NCBI GenBank assembly: GCA_013239625.1
Contig: MU053629.1
Coordinates: 1,763,567-1,827,566, forward strand
DNA length: 64,000 nucleotides
Source of the DNA: Lama guanicoe
Taxonomy: Eukaryota
Direction: 5' to 3'
In this document: piece after piece, positions 52,446 to 64,000 of the stretch
Position numbering within the stretch: the stretch's first letter is position 1
How the letters are laid out: every line of letters starts with the position of its first letter
The notes under the pieces: model-generated
Told to the model about the DNA's origin: nothing
What the model saw: only the letters and a program-made list of their open reading frames with translations
Databases searched by the model: none
Program-made: the position numbers and the translations under genes

Positions 52446-53904
52446 TAAGAATCAAAAAACCCACAAATCGAATAATAGGTTAGGAAAGTTAATTAACCCT
52501 AAAAGTGGTTAATACGGTTTATCAAAATCAAACTGGTAGTAAGATTAATTTCATTAGATAAAAGCCATCAAAGTAGGCACTTAATGATTTCAGTGGCATC
52601 TTACTAATTTAAGTTTATCTTTATACTGTGTTTTGTTGCGTATTGGAGGCAAGGAGAGGGGTATTCAAGAATTGAGAAGCTGAGGCATGTAAAATTTAAA
52701 ACTCATTTATGGTATGCAAGTAATTTCCTGGACATTGATGTAACAGCTGCTGCTGTTAATCATCCCATCTGCTCTCTTTTAGAGCCCAAGAGGCTTTCTT
52801 AATACAGTAATAAAAATGTGACTTGATTTATAGTTGAAAGAGCAGCCCATAATATGCATCTTAAAATCTACAAGCCAGTTATTTGAATGGGATAGACTGG
52901 AGTTAAAAGAATTATTATAACAAGTCTGAAATCATTGCCTTAAAACTGAAAACCAGCTTGTGGAAGTTCTGATTCTTAAGAATACTTAAGACCTTATCTT
53001 CTTTCTGCCTCTTATTTTGAGGACTATGAATAAAAAGGTCTAAACTTCTAAATATATTATCTGAATCTTTGATTGGATATAAATCCTGATATATATCTTT
53101 TTAGTTAAAATTTACTTAATTCTAGAATAAGATTAATTTTGCCCTCAATAGGAGAGACTAAATTGGAGCCATTCTTTTGGTTCTCCCTAATTCTTGAAAG
53201 GGTTATGTTAAAAAGACTAAATAGCATACAGATTTTTATATCTCATTTGATTTCACTGGTCTTATTTGCATATGTCTAAACCTGAATGACAGAATTGAAG
53301 CAAGTTCTTTATATGCCTTCCCAGAAGTTTTTATATGCCCATCTCTTTTTAGCAGTATGACAGGACCACCATTAGATTTGTCCTCTGGATAAAAGAGAAC
53401 TGTGGTGGCTGTTCTCATACTGAGAAGAAGGAGGAAAACATAGGTACATGATATCCTCGGTTCAGATTTTGGCCGAATCTGGTAACTTCTTTTGATGACA
53501 TGTTACACCAATTAGATTTTTTTTTTTCCTTCACTGCTCTTGTTCTTGAATTGAAACCCTCATAAGTAGAGAAATGGCCAGAAAAAAGAAATGGGATAAA
53601 GATGGAATAGCAAAGACTTGAAAAGTCATATATTGAAAAAATTGTCTTTGGCTCATCAAGACTTATTTACATATTCCCACTGGTGTTTGGGGCTAAAGAA
53701 CAATATAACTTGCCTTTATTGGTAGTCAAAAGTCAAGAATAGCAATTGGCTTCTGATTGACAGCATTTTATGGACTACAGAGAATTATATAAGGGTAAGT
53801 GATATGTTAACATTTAGACATAAAAGCACATGGTATTTTTAGAATCCAGTCCTATATCTGTAATCAGTATAACATGTATCCTGAGGGAGAAACAAATCAG
53901 CTTT

Positions 53905-54665
53905 TCTTTTTTATTGTGGTATAAAACACACAACAAAATTTACCATTGTAACCATTTTAGATTGTACAGTTCACTAGTGTTAAATATACCTACATTTGTG
54001 TGAAACAGATTTCCTGCAGTTCTGAAATTCTAAACCCAGTAATACCTCCCGTTCTCTCCCTCCCCTCAGCCCCTGGTAAATGCCGTGCTACTTTCTGTTT
54101 TTGTGAATTTGACTGCTTTAGATAACCTCCTACAAGTGGAATCATACAGTATTTGTCTTTTTGTGACTTGTTTATTTCACTTAGCACAATATCCTCAAGA
54201 TTTATCCACGTTGTAGCATGTGTCAGAATTTCCTTCCTTTTTAAGGCTGAATAATATTCAATCATATGTATATACCACATTTTGTTTATCCATACATCCG
54301 TGAGTGGACATTTGGGTTGCCTCTACCTTTTGGCTCTTGTGAGTAGTGAGGCTGTGAACATGGATGTGCAAACACCTCTTTGAGACCCTTTCAGGTTTTT
54401 TTTTTTCTTTTTAAAAATTTTTTTCTTGGCGGGAGAGGTAATTAAGTTTATTTGTTTTATCATTTAATGAAGGTACTAGGGATTAAACCCAGGACCCTGT
54501 GCATGCTAAGCATGCCCTCTACCACTGAGCTATACCCTCCCCTCCCCCAGTTCTTTTGAATATATACCCAGAAGTCAGATTGCTGGATTGTAAGGTAGTT
54601 CTATTTTTAAGTTTTTAAGGAACCTCCATACTGTTTTCCATTGCGATTACGCCATTATACAATCT
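53905..54665 (-). mobile_element. L1M ORF2 C-terminus and 3'UTR remnant
   Basis: ORF 53990-54280 reads MWYIHMIEYYSALKRKEILTHATTWINLEDIVLSEI, the L1 ORF2p C-terminal signature. Confidence 0.9.
54396..54548 (-). mobile_element. Vic-1-like SINE nested in L1
   Basis: Reverse SINE body that interrupts L1 ORF2-derived sequence. Confidence 0.88.
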
Positions 54666-55107
54666 TATCTCAGCTCTTTCTGAGACCAGTTTATTTCCTT
54701 TTGCGTACTTGTAGGATAGCTTCTTTAGATCTGGACAGAGTTTAGTGATTTTATTAAAAGGCCTAAGGCGATGGATAGTTTAGCTGTTATTTTAATTCTG
54801 TGTTCTACAGAATGCATGGTGGCTGTTTCCAAAGGTGTAATGCATCCTCAGTGAGTTTCTTGATACTGTCCCTTCTGTGTTCCTAAATCAGACTTCTGAA
54901 AGTTACTCTACACAACAGAATTTAAAAACAAAGATTTATTGCTTAGTTTCTTTAGTTAATGGTGTAGTCACTTACAACTAATATCAATAAATAGTCGTGG
55001 GTATGTCTCTAGTGTGTGGTATTTTCTGTAGGCATATTGTCTCAGAACACTTGTTTTTGGAGCTAACATGACATCAAGTGGTCAGGTATGATCAAAAGAT
55101 CAGAAGT

Positions 55108-55201
55108 GGGGGGAGGGTATAGCTCAGTGGTGGAATACATGCTTAACATGCCCCAGGTCCCGGGTTCAATCCCTGACGTCTCCACTTTAAAAAAAAAAAA
55201 C
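55108..55201 (+). mobile_element. Short-form Vic-1-like SINE
   Basis: tRNA-like body plus a pure A tail; 18-bp TSD GATCAAAAGATCA(G/C)AAGT at 55090-55107 and 55202-55219. Confidence 0.9.
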
Positions 55202-56157
55202 GATCAAAAGATCACAAGTTAAAATTCCACATTTTTCACCCAGGTCAGATACAAATGTTCTTGAAAAAGTCAGCAGTAGTGTGATGTCTAAAGGTTCATT
55301 TTAATGCTCAGCTCAAATTGTAAACAATAGTAAGTTTAGATTTTCCTGAAGTACGTAAACTCATTGGTTTCTTGATCATAGACTCATACTGGCAGTTAAC
55401 CGAGCTTTCGAAGTAATGGAAGGAATGTGAGAGAAGACTTTTAAAGGTGACTAATAAGAACCCAACTTAAAATTTTTTGAAAATTAGAGTTTGAGGCGTA
55501 TGAGGGAGGCAACTAAGGTTGTGATCCGACTTCTATAGGGAGTTGCTGCCCCTTTTCTTACTCACGTGTCAGGGTAGCTCTGGTGACTGGGCCACTTGGA
55601 GTCTGGTTGGTTGCGAGGAGAGAGGGGAAAAAGAATACTCTAATTTCTCTCCTTTAGCCCTCAAAGCTTCTTAGCACTCTTGAGTAACTGTTGGCGTAAA
55701 TAAATCATGAGTAGTTGATAGTTACTAGAGCAAGTAGCCGTAAGTATCTCATTTCCAGGAAAAGCCTGTTGCTCAACTTTTTCTGGCTTATTCTTTTGCT
55801 TAGTCAAATGGACAGCTGGGGCTTCGTTCTGCTTTCAGAGCAGATTTGAACTGGATTTGTTTTGCTTTTTCAGTTTAGAAGTTAATGCACTATTCGTACT
55901 CTGAGCCTTCTGCAGTTCTGGGCCCTTCTAAGTAATATTAGTTTGAGACCCCCAAAAATTAGTATGGAAATTACACTAGATGATTCAGTAGAATGTCTGT
56001 AGCTAAATTTCGGTAACATGGATGGCCTTTCACTTTGAAGTCTGCAGTGTGCTTGCGCATAGTTTTCCTTAACTAGCTCAGTGGTCAGCATCAGGCTCAT
56101 TTTTCCTACCCTTCCAGCTCCCCCTTTTCCATTTTCATTAATCCTAGGGATGTAGCT

Positions 56158-56764
56158 CAGAGGTTCTCTACCTTTTTTTATGTCATGGACCCATTAGTAG
56201 TCCAGTGAAACCTGTGGACCCATTCTCAGAATAATGTTTTTAAATATATAAAATACGTAAGATTACAAAGGAAACCAGTTATACTGAAATGTAGTTATCA
56301 AAACGTTAAAATAATTTTATATTAGTAATGTGCTTAAAAAAATTTTTTTTAATATCTATGGATAGACCTAAAAACTACCATAATTTTTAAATCTAGATTA
56401 GCAGAAATGGTATTTTGAGATCTATAACAACTATAAATATAAAAATATCTAACTTGTATTAATCATGTGTCAGTTATGCTACTACTCATGGTTTGTTGCC
56501 TATTTTTATAATTAAAAACAATGCTGAATTTCAGAGGTTAGTGAAAATTGAAATTTTTTTTGCCTTTTGTTGAGGGGAGAAGGTAATTAATTTTATTTAG
56601 TTAGTTATTTTAATGGAGGTACTAGGGATTGAACCCAAGACCTTGTGCATGCTAAGCATGTACTCTCCCCCCAGAAAGTTGAATTAAATTATGATTTTAT
56701 TCCCATCTAAATTCATAGACCCCTCCTGAATTCTGTGGCTCATGAACTCCAAGATAAGAATCTG
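56158..56764. mobile_element. hAT-Charlie-type DNA transposon remnant
   Basis: Termini CAGAGGTTCT.../...AAGAATCTG; internal GGACCCATTCTCAGAATAATGTTTTTAAAT...GATTACAAAGGAAACCA. Confidence 0.65.
56554..56672 (-). mobile_element. Partial Vic-1-like SINE nested in a DNA transposon
   Basis: GGAGGTACTAGGGATTGAACCCAAGACCTTGTGCATGCTAAGCATG; the A-box portion is missing. Confidence 0.82.
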
Positions 56765-56965
56765 TTCTTTAACTCTTTAAGTTATGAGAGGGGGCAATAT
56801 TGTAAAATCATTTACCTTAGTTAGATATTCACCCCACAGTTTGTAGATTAGAATGCACCCTATTCCTAAATCCAGTGGACACTGAATGTCCATTCTCATA
56901 AGCACAGAAGCTTTTAGTGCATCTGTGCCAATTTTGAAACATGGTGTGGAAGAGGAGTCACGGCC

Positions 56966-57463
56966 TGTGGTAGGCAGAATAATTGCTGGTTTTCCAATGT
57001 GTCTACATCGTAATGCCAGAACGTGTGAACGTTTTAGGTTACAAAGCAAAGGGTAAGGCTGAAGATGGGATTAAGGTTACTAATTAGCTGACCTGAAGGT
57101 AGGGAAATTATCCTGGGTTATCTGAGTGGGTCCAATGTAACCACAAGGATCCTTTGAAAACAGAAGAGACAGAGAATGACTACCTTCAGAAGAAAGGCAC
57201 AGACAGATATAACATTGTTATCTTTGAAGATGGAGGAAGTGGGCCACAGCCAAGGAATTTAGGCAGCTTTTTGAAGCTAAAAAGAGCAAGGAAACAGATT
57301 CTCTCCTAGAATCTCCAGAAAGGAACACAGCCCTGATAATACCTTGATTTTAGCCCAGTGAGACCTGTATTGACTTCTGCAGAACTATACGTTAATAAAT
57401 TTGCATTGTTTAATCTGTTAAATTTGTGATAATTTGTTGCAGCCACGATGGAAAACTAGTACA
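56966..57463 (+). mobile_element. MaLR solo LTR (MLT1C/D-like)
   Basis: Starts TGTGGTAGGCAGAATAAT and ends GGAAAACTAGTACA; internal AATAAA; near-identical 5-bp TSD cggcc/ctgcc. Confidence 0.88.
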
Positions 57464-59850
57464 CTGCCCCACTTTGCTCATTTCTCCCCAGAAGTAAAGG
57501 TGGCAAAAGGAGCAGTATTTTACACCAAGGCCTTCCAGGGTAATTTTTAAAGACTTTATCATCTAGGTATAGCTTCTGGGGTTGACTTATTCTGAATTGT
57601 CCTTTCCTTGTCACACAATTCCGTAGCTCCATTTTGCCTTACTAAATTATACTAATTTTCAGAAAATGTGTATGTATGTTAGTTCTCCAGAAGCACTGTT
57701 ACCTGAGCTTTTCATTTGGAAAAGTGTGGCTCACTTTTAAAAGTACTACCCTTCTGAGGTCCCTTGAACAAAATGCAAAGGTTCTGCCTGGAGCAAAGAG
57801 CAGCTGAGCAACACGAGGAAGATTCACAACTGGTTAACCTAAGAGGAAGTTACCCAGAATCACAGCAGCACTTTTCAGTATGGAATGGCTGTGTCAGCCC
57901 TGGAGAACAGCAAGCCCACATCTGTCCTTCCCTGAGCTAAGAAAAGGCATTAGTAGCCTGAGCCTCATGGTTTGAACCTGGTAATTGGCGAGGAATACCT
58001 GTTTGCTCTTACCACAAGTGCCCTCTTGCTGGCAGATCTTTCTAGTGCCTCTCTGAGAATCAGAATTAGGCTGTCTGGTAATTATGAACAGATGCAGTTG
58101 AACTTTTAAACAGGTTTATCAGTTAAACCACCTGCTAGAATTAACAGCCAAAGGGAGTCAGCAAGCATTGGATATCCTAGCCTAGGGTTGTATCACTAAA
58201 AGAAAGAATGCTTCCTTTATTAAGGAAAAGAGGGCGGCCAGCAGGGGGAAGTATACAGAGCCATTCTTTGGCTTTATTAACTCCATCACAAACGTTCTCT
58301 TTTCATCACAGAAAATAGATGTATCTGTTGCCTAGAAATTTAGCCCCCTTCAGAGTTTTGTGACTTACTGACTACTAAGAGGTTTTTAAAATACGGATTA
58401 TAAAGCAAGGCTTATTTTTAGTATTGATTTTGCTACTCAGTGTAGTCAGTGTACCTCCTCCCCGCAAAGTAACTTCTTCCTAAAATTTAAATTGTTGATT
58501 CAAAAATTAGCTTTTTAATGCAAATTATTCCTTAATACTGATGAAAAATTAACCTTTTAACCTGGGGCATAGTATTTGAAATGTGTTACATTTTAATGCC
58601 AGGTGGCTCTCAAAATAAATTTTGATAACAAATAAGCTATTATTATAAACTCTAGTCTCGTGGAAGACTTGTTTTCTATTCACAGTCCTGTGTAAATGTG
58701 GAATATCACAAGTAAGGGTCCATTCTTATTCTTAAAAATAGTTCAGCTCAATTTCTTTCGAATCTGATATTAAGTAAAACCTGAGAATATTATACCTGAG
58801 AAATAAGCCAATGCCAATCCAAATCAGTCAACTGAAAATAAATTTGCTAAGGTCAAAAATAAAACAAATGTGAAAAGAGATAAAATTGGGGAGGAGGATA
58901 CTGTACAATATGCCAGAGAGAGGGTTAACATACTAATGTAAGAGAAATGTACATCTAAGTAATGCTAACTTAGTTAGCATAGAAAAATGGGCAAAGAGCA
59001 TCCAAACATGACACAGGGATTCACATGGCCAGTAAACATGTGGAGATAAGACAACTTTTGACCAGTTAACCGAGCAAAAATTTTTTAAAGAAGAGAGAAT
59101 ACTTAATCTTGCTATAGGGCTGCGGGATGGAAGGCTAGGGGTGGATGCAAATTGTGATCTTTCTGGAAGAGAGCTTAATAGAGTGTTTGAAAATTTTGTC
59201 GAATAATTCTACTTAAGAATCTATTCCAAGGGAATAATCAGATGTGGACTTATATATAAGGATATATATTAGCATATCATCTGTGATGATAAAAACCTGG
59301 AAACTGTCTAAAATGTCCATCATTAGGGAGATGACTATGTTGTAGTATATCCTATGATAATATATCCTAAAAGAAGGATTTTTGTACAACCTTAATGATG
59401 TGAGAAACTGACATGCTCAGATGATAGAAGGGGCAAAACCAGAATACAAAGTTCTGCATACATAAAAGATAAATTTTATAAAAGAACTACAGAGGAAAGA
59501 TTAGTGTAAATACAGTGATCAATCTAACTATCTTGCACTTTCTTAGAACTCAGCCTTGAGTGGTTTTGGGAATGGAGTCCCAGAGTATATCTAAGGAGCA
59601 GTTTTCTATTCTTACAGGTAGTTGTTACCTAGCTTACTCAGGGAGCCCAAGTCTTTGTTTTCATCACAGTTCTAGTCAAGCAGCCTATAGTTTGGGCTTG
59701 AAGGGGGTCTGGTGGAGGAGCAAAGACAGGTAGTCTGGCTTTGGTTGTCACTGCAGTATCCCATCCATCTGGGTCTGTCTCTTCTGATTTAGGGAAAGAT
59801 ACAATGCTATTCCAGCATCACTCCAGAAAATATTCTTAATCTTTAAACTT

Positions 59851-59902
59851 CCAAGTTCAGATGATAAATCACATGGCCAAGTTCAGATGATAAATCACAT
59901 GG
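59851..59902 (+). repeat. Perfect 26-bp tandem duplication
   Basis: CCAAGTTCAGATGATAAATCACATGG occurs twice (59851-59876, 59877-59902). Confidence 0.97.
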
Positions 59903-61555
59903 AAAGCTGGCTTTATTATCTCCATATCACAAGAATGGGTTCTTCTGGTTGTTTTTTAAAATGGATAAATTCTAATCTGTGCCTTTCCTGTTGCTGTAGT
60001 TTCCCTGGTGAGCTACTGGTAAATTACATTTATATACATATATTCTTTTTTTTTTTTAGAATAGTAAAGGAGTTAATTAGGGTTTGCTGCTGTAGGCAAC
60101 AGTGAGCCACACAGATGAGAGGTGCCTGTGTGAGCTACATATATTCTTAATGTATCTTGAGTTTTATTTTAATCTCTTCTAGATCTCCATCTGAAGGTGA
60201 CTGGTGTCAGTGGGAACTGAGTCAGATGACTTTTACTGTACAAGAGCAGAAGAGCATGTATAGGGAGGAAGTGTATATATAGAAAGGTGATTGGCAGTGT
60301 GAGAGGCAAAAGGGAACCATGGGTTTTGGTTTTGCCCTATTATTTGTTGTCTGTGTCTCTGCAGTGATTTTGTTGTTTTTTAAGATTGTGTAAGCAGCTA
60401 GAAGGTAGGATCACTGTGTCTAACAGAATTAGTAACTTTCAAACATACACAGCTATGAGCTCATTAAATTTGATTAGCAGAGAGAATTCTAGTAGAAACA
60501 TTGTTTGCTACTATAAATCTACAAATTGGTAACAGTTTCGTTCCCTAAGGGTGGCACCAGTCCTGGGATGGAGCTGTTTGCGTGACAAATTCAGAGTACC
60601 CAACAGATCTGTCCTTTCACTTTGTTTGGGTCAGAAAAGGCCTGTCTCCAAGGCACATACTCCCTCAGATTTGTTAAGGAAATGGTTCATAAAAGATTCC
60701 TTAAGTCAGGTCTTTTAACTGATTTGGCCTTGGGGTCTGACTTCAAAACCTTCTAATACAACACCATGGCTTTTGAAGCCAGATTCCCAGCTTTCTGTTC
60801 ATTTTCTACACAATCCGGCTTTGTTCACTCTGGTACCGGTCTGTGGCCTCACCCCACCCTTGTTTGTGGCTGATCACTGAGCTTTTGATAAAGGCCATGG
60901 ACTGACTGTGTTTTCACCATGTGCCCATAGGCTAAGGATGACTGGTTTTTCTTTTGCTAGCCTGACATTGTTGTGGTTGAAAATTCTGTCTCTATAAGTT
61001 AAGGATATAAAGATAAGTTATATTTACAAACAGCATTAGATGTCAAGTGTTACAGCTTCCTTTGCCTGTCAGGAGGGTCGGTAATATCCACACACCTGGG
61101 CTTCAGGGAATGGTTTAGCCAAGACCACAGAGTAAGTCGGGAGCAGAGCTGGAATTCTGGACTCTAGTGTGGTGTCCTGGTCACTAGAATGTGCCACGTC
61201 AGCATTGAAAGAATAAAGATAATCAACTGAGGAGAAATGCGTTTGGACAGGTTCTTTTGAGAATTATCTGTGTATACACATACCCACTTTGGCATCATGT
61301 GCTTTGGGGTAGGGCATTTCAGCAGGGTTATGATGTTAGAAATTAACTCTAAAATGTATGAGTTTATTTTAGCTCTGTGATCCCTTGGGCCACACCTGCA
61401 TCACTAATAATGATTTATTGCTTATTGAACTGGTTGCCTAGTGATCCTGTCTTCCCCTAAACTCCCGGGGGAGCACCTGAGGGATGCCTCAAAAGTCACT
61501 TTCTAGGTTTGTTTTTAACAGTGCTGTTTTATTCAGAATATCTCTTTGTTTTCAG

Positions 61556-61667
61556 AGTAAGCCCCAGTCTCCAAAGAGACTTGCTTCCCTTCTTCCCATC
61601 AACAGTGGCTCCAAAGAAAATGGGATCCATGAGGAACAAGACCAGGAGCCACAGGATCTCTTTGCAG
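61556..61667 (+). CDS. SNX1: SNX1 exon 2
   Basis: [37 protein letters not shown]+G; 112 nt; ctttgttttcag acceptor; donor is CAG|GCAAGT (GC-type). Confidence 0.93.
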
Positions 61668-61732
61668 GCAAGTGTGGACTCAAAACATAAGCTAGGAATC
61701 TTCTAAGTGACTGAGTTAAAGTAAAAAGCATG

Positions 61733-61860
61733 CTCTCTCTCTCTCTCTCTCTATGTGTGTGTATACACACACACACACACACACACATATACATACATAC
61801 GTACACACACACACATATGTATATGTATATTATATATACATAGAAAAAATATATATATGA
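61733..61860 (+). repeat. Compound (CT)n(GT)n(CA)n(TA)n microsatellite
   Basis: Direct read; begins ~65 nt into SNX1 intron 2. Confidence 0.95.
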
Positions 61861-62081
61861 GAAACACGACTCCATGTAAGATGCTATTGTGGAGGATTCC
61901 AAAACATGTAAAAAGCAGTGCCTGCTATCAAGATTCTTACAGGTTTAGGGAGTAGGACATAAATATAGTTATTTAAGGATGTGAGTTAGACACATTGTCA
62001 AACAGTAATATAAATGTGGCCAGAGGACAGATAGAAATATTAAGTCATGGGAGCTCAGAGGGTTCTGAGATGAGGCTAAAG

Positions 62082-62320
62082 CAGGGGCTTTAGACTTTTA
62101 TGACCAAGACTCATAGTAAGAAATACAATTTGTGTCATAATCTAAAATATATATGTACTTGTATAAAACTGAAAGTTATATTAAATGATTTGCCCTTAAT
62201 ACTTTCATAACAATCAAATTTTGTACTGTTTCTCTCTTTTTTTAAATTGCTATTTGCAACCCATTGAATCACTGTCATAATTCCCCAATGAGTGACAACC
62301 TGCAATTTGAAAAACACTAA
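62082..62320. mobile_element. hAT-Charlie-type MITE
   Basis: CAGGGGCTTTAGACTTTTATGACC...TGCAATTTGAAAAACACT termini typical of Charlie derivatives. Confidence 0.55.
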
Positions 62321-62327
62321 TGTAGAA

Positions 62328-62609
62328 CAGGGTTTCTTAATCTTGGCACTGTTAACACTTCGGGCCCAATAATTTTTTGTTGAGAGGGCCCGCCCTGTTG
62401 TCAACAGGGGTTGATTTGAACCCCACCCCCACCCCCAAAGCCTTCTGGCCGTGGTTACAGACATTGTTGGCTGTCACACCTGGGAGTGCTGCTGGTATCT
62501 ACTCCGTAGAGGCCATGGGTGCGCCAAACACCCTACCGTATGCAGCACAGACCTTCACCAAAAATAATCCAGCCCAGAATGTCAGTAGTTCCCTCATTGT
62601 TAAGCTCTG
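62328..62609 (+). mobile_element. MER20 with an extra inverted copy of its 3' end
   Basis: 62395-62609 follows the MER20 consensus; 62328-62397 matches the reverse complement of the MER20 3' terminus. Confidence 0.78.
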
Positions 62610-62619
62610 GTCTACAGTG

Positions 62620-63480
62620 ATCTTGTAAGACTTTTTGGAAGAAGCAAGATTAATGTAGGAAAAAAAGCAGAAAGGATACTAATGGTTGGTGTATTTGATA
62701 GACAGTCAATAAACTTAGCGGGCTGAAGCAGGCACTTCTTAGAGATGCCAGGAAGATAAGGCTGGAAATGTTTAGGAGGATTTTAGACATCAATAATTAT
62801 TAGAATTTGAATTTTCATCCTACTGCCAATTAAAAGCCATTGGCAGTTTGGAGTAAGGAAAGTGCTATGGGCAAAGTGATGAAAGACTGACCTGGTGGAA
62901 TTATTATATAAAAAACGGATTACAGTGGACAAAGACTAGAGATGTTAGAATGCAGTCACAAATTAGTTCAAGAATGCAAAGACCAAAGGTGAAATAGTGG
63001 AAATAGGAAGGGAAAGGTGAAAACGTTTCAAAAGTGAAATCAACAAAATCTCGTGTTGGCAATTGGATATAATGGGTGTCCAAAAATGAGGACTGAAGAC
63101 AGAGTCAACGGATTCAAGTCCAAGGATTGAGAAGAAAATGGTACCATTTTGGAAACTACATTCTACAGAAGAAACCAGCTTTGAGTTGGTGGGTAGGGGG
63201 AGTGAATTCAGGTTTTAGATATTTAAGATTTTAAATGCAAAGGGAAATGCCCGGAAAGTGATTTGAACTGTAGCACTCTGCCTGGGGAAGGGGGAAGAAT
63301 TGGAGGTTGGGAATCAGCTTCCTGGGGGTGGTAACTGAAACTGCCATGTGGATGAGACCCTCAAAGTAGAGAAAGATAAGGAAGAGCAGAGACTAGAGGG
63401 TAGGCTCTTGGGAGGACTCTCACATTACACATCTGGTTGGAAAATTAAAAGACATGAAAGGGAAGAAGAGGTTAGAAGAA
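62620..63480 (-). mobile_element. L2 LINE remnant (a similar remnant lies at ~44560-46100)
   Basis: Purine-rich degenerate sequence with L2-like motifs (GAATTTGAATTTTCATCCT...AAGCCATTGG, GAATTCAGGTTTTAGATAT, GTGGATGAGACCC). Confidence 0.6.
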
Positions 63481-64000
63481 GAAATACTAAGATTTCACAG
63501 GTTTTCCACTTCCTTCTTCTCTGAAACTTCAGTGCCCACTGTTCATTCTGGTAATGCTTATATTTTGAATAGTTTCTGTAGGAGAAATGCAGATAATGAA
63601 TTATCTGGTTATATGGCAGATTGAAAAGGAGGTTTTTCCATCTTTGGGGATGTAACATTTATATGATCTGCCCTTTAAGAAGACCTGAAATCTTTAGCAT
63701 GACTGAGTTACCCCTGTGGCTGGGTTTTATGTACATGAACATATAGAAGATCTTTATTAGGGACGTATTTATTTCTAATGAAGGTTCTGATTTACTTCAT
63801 TCCCTAAGTGTTTTCCTAAGCAGCATTTTTGGTTGTCATAACGTATACAAAGGAATGCCTACAATGAGTTTAGGACTCAAGTAGTTTCTCAGATGTTTTA
63901 AGATATTGACTATGGAAAAGTAGATGTTCTGCTATTTTCCACATGATTAGCGATGATCAGGATCTCTGATAGAGTCCAATGGCTTTTCCATTACTCTTAT

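Noticed and set aside
53990..54280. 96-aa ORF with protein-like composition
   Set aside because: It is an L1 ORF2p C-terminal remnant, not a host gene. The same applies to 16366-16587 and to the antisense L1 ORFs at 39006-39327.
1..64000. CRISPR arrays, operons, prokaryotic defence or mobile systems
   Set aside because: The window is spliced mammalian DNA. I found no regularly spaced repeat-spacer array, intact transposase or reverse transcriptase, or foreign-looking insert.

Overview
Eukaryotic (mammalian) genomic DNA, almost certainly camelid (camel/alpaca/llama), judged from ~10 copies of a tRNA-Ala-derived SINE resembling Vic-1. The window is the DAPK2-CIAO2A(FAM96A)-SNX1 syntenic block. 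It holds the 5' end of DAPK2 on the minus strand (non-coding exon in a CpG island ending at 19209, first coding exon 13451-13548) and the complete 5-exon CIAO2A gene on the minus strand (124+165+50+46+98 = 483 nt, 160 aa). It also holds the first two coding exons of SNX1 on the plus strand, head-to-head with CIAO2A across ~2 kb. The rest is intronic or intergenic sequence full of L1, L2, MIR, MaLR LTR and hAT remnants, and nearly all ORFs in the supplied track are spurious. I see no prokaryote-type novel system. The most interesting signals are: an out-of-frame, strong-context upstream AUG overlapping the CIAO2A start that could switch N-terminal isoforms; apparent loss of the first DAPK2 AUG; a GC-AG intron in SNX1; an inverted pair of ZNF143-type motifs plus U1 sites suggesting plus-strand transcription from the CIAO2A promoter; a 32-nt tailless U2 snRNA retropseudogene; and a triple retro-insertion at one target site. 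Gene and repeat-family names and human/mouse comparisons come from recall, not database searches. Repeat boundaries are approximate.
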